A model generated the notes under the pieces. The model was not told the DNA's origin, searched no databases, and saw only the letters and a list, made by a program, of their open reading frames with translations. DNA of 64,000 bases from an uncultured Bacteroidota bacterium (GTDB taxonomy: Bacteria; Bacteroidota; Bacteroidia; Flavobacteriales; Flavobacteriaceae), in the NCBI GenBank assembly GCA_902510415.1, contig CABXBH010000001.1:9596-73595 (forward strand), written 5' to 3'. Numbering within the stretch: the first letter of the stretch is position 1; every line of letters begins with the position of its first letter. Made by a program: the position numbers and the translations under genes. Below, in pieces: positions 47,401-55,487 of this stretch.

Positions 47401-48180
47401 TTAGATACTTGAAAAATGTTTTTCCATTTTTTCTCTTTGCTCGTTAGCTAAAACCTCATCAATTAAAATTCTACCACTATGTTCATCAGTGATTATTTTT
47501 TTTCTTGCAGCAATTTCCATTTGCACTTGAGGAGGAATTGTAAAAAAAGATCCGCCTGCAGCACCTCTTTCAATTGGTACAATAGCAAGTCCATTTTTAA
47601 CATTACTTCTAATTTTACCATAAGCAAATAATAATCTTTCTTCGATTAGCTTTTTATATTTTTCAGATTTGTTAAGAAGCATATTTTCTTCTTTCTCTGT
47701 CTCTTTTAGTATTGTATCCAGTTCACCTTTTTTATGCTTTAGATGATCAGTCTTTTCGGTGAGAGTTGCTTTGACGGCATCAATCGATTCATTTTTTAAT
47801 TCGATTTGAGCTTTAAATTCTTTAATATTTTTTTCGGCTAGTTGAATTTCAAGCTCTTGATATTCAGTTTCTTTTGTAAGGGAATCAAATTCACGATTAT
47901 TTCTAACATTTTTTTGCTGCTCAGTGTATTTTTTCATTAACGCTTTGGCCTCTTCAATTAGATTCTTCTTTGAAGAGATTTGTTCATCAAGTTCTTTCAG
48001 GCTATTATCTAATTTTTCAATCCTTGTATTAAGACCTTCAATTTCATCTTCTAAATCTCTAACTTCCAGTGGAAGTTCTCCTCTTATATCTTTAATTTTA
48101 TCAATTCTTGAATCGATTAATTGTAAGTCATATAATGCTCTTAATTTTTCTTCAACTGTTGGTTCTTTTTTTTTCGCCAT
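47401..48180 (-). CDS. DUF164-family coiled-coil protein with a degenerate (Cys-less) C4 zinc-ribbon domain
   Basis: Long coiled coil, then ...ERGAAGGSFFTIPPQ...KKIITDEHSGRILID. This aligns to the ACGGCF...C..CGRIL zinc ribbon of this family. Conserved pairing with the downstream Nif3 gene. Confidence 0.75.
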   Translation of the reverse strand: MAKKKEPTVEEKLRALYDLQLIDSRIDKIKDIRGELPLEVRDLEDEIEGLNTRIEKLDNSLKELDEQISSKKNLIEEAKALMKKYTEQQKNVRNNREFDSLTKETEYQELEIQLAEKNIKEFKAQIELKNESIDAVKATLTEKTDHLKHKKGELDTILKETEKEENMLLNKSEKYKKLIEERLLFAYGKIRSNVKNGLAIVPIERGAAGGSFFTIPPQVQMEIAARKKIITDEHSGRILIDEVLANEQREKMEKHFSSI

Positions 48181-48181
48181 T

Positions 48182-49276
48182 TTAACTGTAGTTTACAGGG
48201 TTTGTATTTGTTTTCGCCAAAGCGATTGCAAAATTAGGGAATTTTTTTGTAAGAATATCAAACAATAATTGTTTTGTGTATTGTTCACTTTCATAATGTC
48301 CAACATCTATTAAAAGAATTGAACTTTCGGCTTTGAAATAATCATGATATTTAAGATCAGATGTAATAAATGCATCTGCTTTTACAGAAATTGCTTTTTC
48401 AATACCAAAACTTCCTGAACCCCCAAGCACTGCGACTTTTTTGATTGGTTTTTTTAACAATTTAGAGTGTTTTATAAATTCAACTCCAAGCTTTTCTTTA
48501 ATGTATGCGATAAAATCATTTTCATCTAACGATTCTTCAAATTCACCATACATTCCCATTCCAATATTTTCATTTATATTTTCAAGTGTTTTAATCTCAT
48601 AAGCTATCTCTTCATATGGATGTGTCTCTCTGAGTGCAGTAATGACTTTCTCTTCTAGGTGTTTTAAATATGTAATATTAATACAGGCTTCTTTTTGATT
48701 GGTGTCTTTCAGCTTTTGACCAATAGAGGGATTTGAATTTTCATTTCCCTTGAAAGTGCCAATTCCTTCAAATGTAAAACTGCAATTTTCATATTTCCCT
48801 ATTGATCCTGCACCAGAATTGAATAATTTATTTTTTAACTCATCAACATATTCATAAGGGATATAAGTAGTGAGTTTTTTTATAGTTTTTTCTTTTGGAA
48901 TTAATATTTTAGGATTTTCTATACCCAATTCATTACATAATTTCATATTAACCCCAGCATTTGAATTATCTAAAGCAGTATGAATTGCAAATATTGATAT
49001 TTCATTTTTTGCTGCAAGTAAAATTGCATCATTCACATAATTTCCAGCAGAGAGTCTTTTTATTCCACCAAAAATAATTGGATGAAAACTTATTACTAAG
49101 TTACAATTAGAGTTTATTGCTTCATTTATTACGTCTTTAGTTGAGTCAAGACATACAATAATTCCTTTCACCTTATCTTTTTTATCTCCAACTAATAACC
49201 CTACATTATCAAAATCCTCTGCATACTTAAGCGGAGCATAACTATCTAAAAAGTCAATTACATCTTTAACTATCAT
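48182..49276 (-). CDS. Nif3-like dinuclear metal centre protein (GTP cyclohydrolase 1 type 2 homologue)
   Basis: ISFHPIIF, AIHTALD and DVGHYESE metal-ligand blocks, with an inserted PII-like domain. 364 aa. Confidence 0.88.
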   Translation of the reverse strand: MIVKDVIDFLDSYAPLKYAEDFDNVGLLVGDKKDKVKGIIVCLDSTKDVINEAINSNCNLVISFHPIIFGGIKRLSAGNYVNDAILLAAKNEISIFAIHTALDNSNAGVNMKLCNELGIENPKILIPKEKTIKKLTTYIPYEYVDELKNKLFNSGAGSIGKYENCSFTFEGIGTFKGNENSNPSIGQKLKDTNQKEACINITYLKHLEEKVITALRETHPYEEIAYEIKTLENINENIGMGMYGEFEESLDENDFIAYIKEKLGVEFIKHSKLLKKPIKKVAVLGGSGSFGIEKAISVKADAFITSDLKYHDYFKAESSILLIDVGHYESEQYTKQLLFDILTKKFPNFAIALAKTNTNPVNYS

Positions 49277-49320
49277 AGCCCAATTATTTATTTCAAAGAT
49301 AAATAATTACTTTAGTTACC

Positions 49321-50313
49321 GTGAAATTGCTAAAAAAAATAATTTACTGGAAGTTGAGCTTGCAGTTTTTTCTAATAACATATTTTAGAAATAAACTTTA
49401 TGATTTAGGCATGATTAAATCATACTCGTTTAATGTTCCCGTAATTAGTGTTGGTAATTTAAATGCTGGCGGTACTGGAAAAACTCCAATGGTTGAATTT
49501 CTTATAGACTATTTTTCAGAACATTATAAATTAGGTGTATTGAGCAGAGGCTATAAAAGAAAATCGAAGGGATTTATATTGGCTTCTGAAAAAGATGATG
49601 CCAAATCAATCGGAGATGAGCCATTCCAGTACTTTTCAAAATTTAAAAACATTAAAGTTGCCGTTGATACTAAAAGAAAGAGAGGAATAACAAATCTTAT
49701 AAATTATGGGGTTAATATGATTCTCTTAGATGATGCATTTCAACATAGAAAGGTTATTCCTACATATTCTATTTTATTAACTGATTACTCAAATCTGTAT
49801 TTCAATGATTATTTGATGCCTAGGGGAACCTTAAGAGAATCCAAAAAAGGCTCTATAAGAGCAGACTCTATTATCATCACGAAGTGTCCATCAAATTTAT
49901 CTGATTTTGATAGACTTGCTATCAAAAAATTGGTTAAACCAACATCCAAACAAAACATTTTTTTTAGTTCAATTACATATTCTAAAGAATTATTTTCTTT
50001 GGATAACTCTATAAATATTTCCAAATTAAATGGGAAACAAGTGAATTTAGTTACTGGGATTGCTAATTCAAAACCATTAATTAAATTTTTAAAAAATATT
50101 GGCTTGGAAATTAATCACTTTAAATATCGTGACCATCATGATTATTCAGAGAAGGATGTAATTGATTTTCAAGGACGGATAATTATAACAACTGAAAAAG
50201 ATTATACTAAACTTAGAAAATTTAATATTAAAGATTTATATTTTTTACCAATCTCAGTAAATATTTTAGAAAATGATAATTTTTTAGAAATTTTAAGAGA
50301 TAAAATTAGCTAA
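49321..50313 (+). CDS. lpxK: Tetraacyldisaccharide 4'-kinase
   Basis: PVISVGNLNAGGTGKTP P-loop, LSRGYKR and ILLDDAFQH blocks. GTG start; no upstream in-frame ATG. Confidence 0.9.
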   Translation: MKLLKKIIYWKLSLQFFLITYFRNKLYDLGMIKSYSFNVPVISVGNLNAGGTGKTPMVEFLIDYFSEHYKLGVLSRGYKRKSKGFILASEKDDAKSIGDEPFQYFSKFKNIKVAVDTKRKRGITNLINYGVNMILLDDAFQHRKVIPTYSILLTDYSNLYFNDYLMPRGTLRESKKGSIRADSIIITKCPSNLSDFDRLAIKKLVKPTSKQNIFFSSITYSKELFSLDNSINISKLNGKQVNLVTGIANSKPLIKFLKNIGLEINHFKYRDHHDYSEKDVIDFQGRIIITTEKDYTKLRKFNIKDLYFLPISVNILENDNFLEILRDKIS

Positions 50314-50314
50314 A

Positions 50315-51283
50315 TTATTCAATGTGTTTTCTTGCTCTATAGGATGATCTCACAAGAGCACTACTTTCAAAGTGTTTAAAGCCTAATTTTTTACCTAATT
50401 CTTTGTATTCTAAGAATTCATCAGGAGTTACAAATCTTTGAACTTGAAGATGTTTTTTGCTTGGCTGTAAATACTGACCAATAGTTACAATATCTACTTT
50501 AGCATCTTTTAAATCATGAATGGTTTCAATAACTTCTTCTTTTTTTTCGCCCAACCCCAACATTATACCTGATTTTGTTCTTCTTTGTCCAGAATCTTTC
50601 ATATAATTTAAAACTTCCATACTTCTGTCATATTTAGCTTGGACACGGACTTCTTTCGTTAATCTTCTAGTTGTTTCTATATTATGAGATATAACTTCTG
50701 GTTTAATATTTACCAGTCTATCTATGTGTTCATGAATTCCCTGAAAATCAGGAATTAATGTTTCTAATGTGATTCCAGGATTTAATTCTCTAATTTTTTT
50801 TATGGTTTGGACCCAAAATTTACTTCCCATATCATCTTTTAAATCATCGCGATCAACACTAGTTAGTACCGCATGTTTAATCTGCATTATTTTAATACTA
50901 TTTGCAACTTTTTCAGATTCATCCCAATCAACCGGTAAAGGTTTTCCAGTTTTAACTCCGCAAAATTTACATGATCTAGTACATATATTTCCAAGAATCA
51001 TAAAAGTTGCAGTCCCTTCTCCCCAACACTCTCCCATGTTAGGACAACTTCCCGATGTGCATATTGTATTCAGATTATTTTCTTCAACTAACTTTCGAAG
51101 TTTTGTATATTTTGGACCTATAGGAAGTTTTACCCTTAGCCAATCAGGTTTTTTTCTGTGCTGAATAATTTTTTTTGGCAAATCTACTTTGAACCACTCA
51201 GATTGTTCTCTGATTACTGTATCAGTATCAGGTATATCAATTTGAAATAATTTTTCCTCTGTATTTTCAGTTAATTTACTCAA
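50315..51283 (-). CDS. lipA: Lipoyl synthase
   Basis: CTSGSCPNMGEC auxiliary cluster and CTRSCKFC radical-SAM cluster motifs. 322 aa. Confidence 0.95.
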   Translation of the reverse strand: MSKLTENTEEKLFQIDIPDTDTVIREQSEWFKVDLPKKIIQHRKKPDWLRVKLPIGPKYTKLRKLVEENNLNTICTSGSCPNMGECWGEGTATFMILGNICTRSCKFCGVKTGKPLPVDWDESEKVANSIKIMQIKHAVLTSVDRDDLKDDMGSKFWVQTIKKIRELNPGITLETLIPDFQGIHEHIDRLVNIKPEVISHNIETTRRLTKEVRVQAKYDRSMEVLNYMKDSGQRRTKSGIMLGLGEKKEEVIETIHDLKDAKVDIVTIGQYLQPSKKHLQVQRFVTPDEFLEYKELGKKLGFKHFESSALVRSSYRARKHIE

Positions 51284-51337
51284 GAAATTAGCTATTAGAC
51301 TTAATGAAAAACAAAGATAGTAAGTATTATCATAATC

Positions 51338-52564
51338 TTAAATACCTTTTATTAAAAAGAATATTGAAAATCCAATTAAATAAATAATACCTAATATGCT
51401 TAAGACATGCATAATTGTTGAGGGTCTATTTTCCTTTGGAGTATGTTTTGATGAAATTACTAAGTAATTAATAATCGCATAAAACGGTGCTGTCAAAAAA
51501 GATAAAATAGTTGCTATTTTAATCAATAAGCCCATTTGTGATGAAAAAATAAAGAAAATTATAATTGTTCCAAATGCTAAAATTGCAAGCCATATTGAGT
51601 AGCCATTTATATTTACATTTTTGAACATAAGCTTTGTTGTTTCGGACATTGCTCTAGGTGAGGCGTCAAGAGTAGTAATTGTGGTACTTAGCATAGTTGA
51701 AAATGCGGCTATACCTATTATATAATATGACCAGTTACCAAGACTCATTGTGTACATTTCAATAAGTTGGTTTGAAAATACTCCTGCAGATTCACTAAAA
51801 GATTCACTACTTTCATTCATTACAAAATATCCAAGACTGATAAAACATATCCCCAGAAATGCAGTTCCTAAGTAACCGATATTAAAGTCAAACATTGAAT
51901 TTTCTAAACTATAATTCTTTAATGTTTTCTTTTTTTCTAATGCCCATATGGAATGCCAAACTGAAACATCTAGTGGTGCAGGCATCCAACCCATAAACGC
52001 TATTAAAAATATAATACCAACAGAGTCTTTTGGAAATATTTGTTCAAAGCTAATAGTTGATTCAAACTCAAATCCTGCCATTAAAGTTGCTGTAATGGTA
52101 CTGATAGCTAATATTATGATGATATACTTAATTATTTTATCTAGAGTATTGTATTTTCCAATAATTAAAACCATAGAGCAGAAAACAGTTATAAAAACAG
52201 TCCATAACTCTGTTGAAATAATACCACCAGTAATTGAATTAGCAATTCCTGCAGTAACAATAGTAACGGCGGTTTGTATTGAAAACATTGTTGCTAGAGT
52301 AATAACAAAATATAGTAAAAGTATATAGCGGCTAAGTTTTTTATATCCAACAAGCATATTTTCTCCTGTTGATAATGCATAGCGAGGGCCATATTGAAAA
52401 AAGGGATATTTAAATAGATTTGCTATTATCAACGCCCAAATTAATCCAAAACCAAATTCAGCACCAGCTTTTGTAGATTGAACTAAATGAGAGACTCCAA
52501 TAGCAGCTCCCGCAAATAATAAACCTGGTCCTAATTTTTTTAAGATATGATTAATTTTTTCCAT
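51338..52564 (-). CDS. NRAMP-family divalent metal (Mn2+/Fe2+) transporter
   Basis: GPGLLFAGAAIGVSHLVQST N-terminal block and about 11 TM segments. Start moved from 52609 to the ATG at 52564 (MEKINHILKKLGPG); the longer version would overlap the upstream small gene by 59 nt. Confidence 0.8.
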   Translation of the reverse strand: MEKINHILKKLGPGLLFAGAAIGVSHLVQSTKAGAEFGFGLIWALIIANLFKYPFFQYGPRYALSTGENMLVGYKKLSRYILLLYFVITLATMFSIQTAVTIVTAGIANSITGGIISTELWTVFITVFCSMVLIIGKYNTLDKIIKYIIIILAISTITATLMAGFEFESTISFEQIFPKDSVGIIFLIAFMGWMPAPLDVSVWHSIWALEKKKTLKNYSLENSMFDFNIGYLGTAFLGICFISLGYFVMNESSESFSESAGVFSNQLIEMYTMSLGNWSYYIIGIAAFSTMLSTTITTLDASPRAMSETTKLMFKNVNINGYSIWLAILAFGTIIIFFIFSSQMGLLIKIATILSFLTAPFYAIINYLVISSKHTPKENRPSTIMHVLSILGIIYLIGFSIFFLIKGI

Positions 52565-52739
52565 CACATTCTTCAGGACTTTTACCACAAAAACTACAAT
52601 TCTCACCATCTTGATTTAGATATGGATTCTGGCTTGCGCATGTACCCGAAAATTCACCATCTTTTTTTGCCCATATTTTTATACTTATGCCCAAAACACA
52701 TAATCCAAGAACTATAATTGTAACAATTGTAGGTATCAT
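52551..52739 (-). CDS. Small single-pass Cys-rich membrane protein, NqrM (DUF539)-like candidate
   Basis: 62 aa. TM helix MIPTIVTIIVLGLCVLGISIKIW, then KKDGEFSGTCAS-x13-CSFCGKSPEEC, i.e. four soluble Cys in a G[ST]C...CxxC...C layout. Its stop overlaps the NRAMP ATG (ATGGAAAAAATTAA). Confidence 0.5.
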   Translation of the reverse strand: MIPTIVTIIVLGLCVLGISIKIWAKKDGEFSGTCASQNPYLNQDGENCSFCGKSPEECDGKN

Positions 52740-52752
52740 ATTGAATCCAAAT

Positions 52753-53763
52753 TTATAAAATAATGTTTACTTCAGTTTCAAGATTAATTTTAAAAATTCT
52801 ATTTACAACCTCTTTAATAGATAAAGATAATTTATAAATATCTTTTCCACTGGCATTACCATAATTAACTAGAACTAAAGACTGTGATTTGTGAACTCCA
52901 AATTTTCCAAAATTTTTCCCTTTAAAACCGGCTTTTTCTATTAACCAAGCTGCTGGAATTTTAAATTTATTTTCCTCAACTTTAAAATTAGGTATATCAA
53001 TAAAATTTTTTTTAATCGCTTCAATTTTTTTTAAATCTACAATAGGGTTTTTAAAGAAACTTCCAGCATTTCCAATGTTTTTAGGGTCTGGAAGTTTTCG
53101 GTTTCTAATGTTGATAACTGCTTCTGAAACATCCCTTATTGTTGGGTTTTTAATTCCTAACCTCCCAAGTTCATCATTTACACCTCCATATGATGAGTTT
53201 ATATAATGGTCGTTGTTTGTTAATTTTAATTTCAAAGAAATAATAATTAAGTGCTTTTTAGTTTTAAATATAGAATTTCTATAATCAAAGCAACAATCAT
53301 CAAGATTATATTCCTTAACGGTACAATCTTTTTGATTAAAAACCTCACATGAAACAAAAACGTCTTTTAATTCTGTTCCATAAGCTCCAATATTTTGAAC
53401 AGGTGCAGAACCTACATTACCTGGGATTAAAGATAGGTTTTCAATTCCACCTAAATTTTTTTCTAAACAATAGTTGACAAATTTATTCCAATTTTCTCCG
53501 GCATAAGCTGAAATTATACTGTGATTAGAATCTATCTTTTCTATGGTCTTTCCTTTTAGATTTAAATGTATTATTAAACCTTGGAAATCTTTAGTAAATA
53601 AAATATTACTTCCACCACCTAAAAACAATATTTCTTTTCGATTATTAATCTTGCAGATCTCTTTTAATTCATCTGTTGAATTAACTTCAACAAACTCTTT
53701 CGCTTTAACATCTATTTTGAAAGAATTATAGTTTAGTAAAGAGTAATTGTTTTTTAAAATCAT
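52753..53763 (-). CDS. murB: UDP-N-acetylenolpyruvoylglucosamine reductase
   Basis: FLGGGSNILF FAD block, GNAGSFFKNP and the C-terminal domain. Start moved to the ATG at 53763 (MILKNNYSLLNYNSFKI), which forms an ATGA overlap with the upstream aminotransferase stop. Confidence 0.9.
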   Translation of the reverse strand: MILKNNYSLLNYNSFKIDVKAKEFVEVNSTDELKEICKINNRKEILFLGGGSNILFTKDFQGLIIHLNLKGKTIEKIDSNHSIISAYAGENWNKFVNYCLEKNLGGIENLSLIPGNVGSAPVQNIGAYGTELKDVFVSCEVFNQKDCTVKEYNLDDCCFDYRNSIFKTKKHLIIISLKLKLTNNDHYINSSYGGVNDELGRLGIKNPTIRDVSEAVINIRNRKLPDPKNIGNAGSFFKNPIVDLKKIEAIKKNFIDIPNFKVEENKFKIPAAWLIEKAGFKGKNFGKFGVHKSQSLVLVNYGNASGKDIYKLSLSIKEVVNRIFKINLETEVNIIL

Positions 53764-54953
53764 TTTTTTAAATATTCTGTTAATCCATGTTTCAGAATAT
53801 TTATACAAGATTTTAAATCACTTTCTTTTAGAACATATGCTATTCTAACTTGATTAGTTCCTGTATTAGGAGTAGAATAGAACCCTCCAGCCGGTGCAAT
53901 CATGATTGTTTCATTATTTAATGAATATTCCTCTAACATCCATTTAGCAAAATTTTCAGAATTTTTAACCGGTAGTTCAACAACACAATAAAAAGCACCC
54001 TTAGGTTCTGAAACAGTAACTCCATTTATTTCTTTTAAACCTTTTATTAAAGTAATTCTTCTCTTATTATATTCGTTAATTATTGAATTGAAATAATCTC
54101 TCCCAGTGTCCATAGCAGCTGTACTAGCAATCTGAGCAAGTGTAGGAGGTGAGAGTCTGGCTTGAGCAAATTTCATAGCCGTGTCAATGAATTGCTTATT
54201 CTTTGAAATTATACATCCAATCCTAGCCCCACACATACTGTATCTTTTAGAAACGGAATCTATTACTATTGAATTTTGATTAATTTCCTCAAAATCCATT
54301 ATTGACGTATGAGTAGCATTATCATAAGTAAATTCTCTGTATACTTCGTCTGCAATAAGAAATAAATTATATTTCTTAACAATTTCTATTAAACTTTCAA
54401 TTTCTTTTTTTGAATAAACATAACCAGTTGGATTATTAGGGTTACATATGAGAATTGCTTTTGTTTTGGTAGAAATTAAATTTTCAAATTCTTTAATTTT
54501 TGGCAATGCAAAATTATTATCAATACTTGAAAATATAGGTACGATATTTACCCCGTTAGCTACAGAGAACCCATTATAATTTGCGTAAAAAGGCTCAGGT
54601 ATTATTATTTCGTCACCAGGATCCATGATGCTACCAATTGTAAACAACAAAGCTTCACTTGCACCACTTGTGACAATAATCTGAGATTCAGAAATACTAA
54701 CATTAAATTTTTTGTAATACTTACAAATCTTACTCCTAAGTTCTATGTTTCCTTCTGATTTTGAGTATGCTAGAACCTTTATATTAGTATTTTTTATTGC
54801 TTCAATTGCAGCTGAAGGAGTCTCGATATCGGGTTGACCAATATTCAAATGAAAAACTTTAACCCCTTTTTCTTTGGCTTTTTCCGCATAAGGGACGAGT
54901 TTTCTAATTGGGGATTCAGGCATTAAAGTCCCCTTTTTTGAAATTGTAGGCAT
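53760..54953 (-). CDS. Pyridoxal-phosphate-dependent aminotransferase (class I/II)
   Basis: SPIRKL, LNIGQPD, CNPNNPTGYVY and DSVSKRYSMCGARIG (aldimine Lys). 397 aa. Confidence 0.88.
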   Translation of the reverse strand: MPTISKKGTLMPESPIRKLVPYAEKAKEKGVKVFHLNIGQPDIETPSAAIEAIKNTNIKVLAYSKSEGNIELRSKICKYYKKFNVSISESQIIVTSGASEALLFTIGSIMDPGDEIIIPEPFYANYNGFSVANGVNIVPIFSSIDNNFALPKIKEFENLISTKTKAILICNPNNPTGYVYSKKEIESLIEIVKKYNLFLIADEVYREFTYDNATHTSIMDFEEINQNSIVIDSVSKRYSMCGARIGCIISKNKQFIDTAMKFAQARLSPPTLAQIASTAAMDTGRDYFNSIINEYNKRRITLIKGLKEINGVTVSEPKGAFYCVVELPVKNSENFAKWMLEEYSLNNETIMIAPAGGFYSTPNTGTNQVRIAYVLKESDLKSCINILKHGLTEYLKK

Positions 54954-54970
54954 AAATAAAATTTAGATTT

Positions 54971-55399
54971 CTAGTAGTCTTCTACTATACTTTTTTTCTT
55001 TTTTTCAAGCCCTGTTTTATTATTATCATCGATAACCTGTCCAGTTATTTTTAATATTACATTTGGGTTTGAAGCATTAGAAGTTACGCTTATTGATTTA
55101 CGTATAAATCCAACTCTTTTTGTATCATATTTAACCTGAATTTTATCTGTTTCTCCAGGTAAAATTGGTTTCTCGGGTTTTTTTGGTATTGTACATCCAC
55201 ATGTGGATTTTACATTCGATATAATTAAGGGTGCATCTCCGGTATTTGTAAATACAAAATCTCTAACACCATTTGCTCCTTTATCTATTGTTCCATAATC
55301 AATAACAGTTTTTTCAAATGTGATAATTGCTTTTTTATTTTGCGAAAAACCTAAAAAGCTTACAGAAATAACTAAAATAATTGTAAATAATTTTTTCAT
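54971..55399 (-). CDS. DUF1573 domain-containing exported protein
   Basis: Signal peptide. FDYG-like block (VIDYGTI), FVFTNTGDAPLII and KSTCGCT, the DUF1573 signature. Confidence 0.8.
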   Translation of the reverse strand: MKKLFTIILVISVSFLGFSQNKKAIITFEKTVIDYGTIDKGANGVRDFVFTNTGDAPLIISNVKSTCGCTIPKKPEKPILPGETDKIQVKYDTKRVGFIRKSISVTSNASNPNVILKITGQVIDDNNKTGLEKKKKSIVEDY

Positions 55400-55487
55400 A
55401 TTTTTTTCATAAAAATTAACCAGATAAATATAATTATAATTAGTCAGATTAAGAAATATGAGTATTTTCGTATTGTAAAATTAATTT

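Noticed and set aside
50769-52328. 131-aa and 126-aa plus-strand ORFs antisense to lipA and the NRAMP gene; the same applies to the other antisense ORFs in the track (1595-1906, 4619-4825, 6110-6361, 7153-7503, 9057-9329, 11146-11364, 15523-15723, 20133-20414, 21757-21975, 23429-23761, 24386-24571, 25796-26086, 27791-27973, 34606-34800, 35597-35863, 37456-37740, 42109-42366, 42873-43127, 43372-43584, 43921-44133, 44665-44943, 47924-48268, 49809-50024, 53543-53731, 57053-57331, 60597-60857, 61350-61664)
   Set aside because: Each lies fully or almost fully within (a few span the junction of two adjacent) longer opposite-strand genes with strong family motifs. None shows a motif of its own. Treated as shadow ORFs.
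52565-52609. N-terminal extensions in the ORF track for NRAMP (52565-52609), murB (53764-53808), apbE (40910-40960) and the PorT-like gene (23169-23192)
   Set aside because: The extensions overlap the upstream gene and add non-conserved residues. Internal ATGs give canonical N-termini (MEKINHILKKLGPG; MILKNNYSLLNYNSF; lipoprotein MFMRKLSLF...SC; signal peptide MRDIILIFF...).
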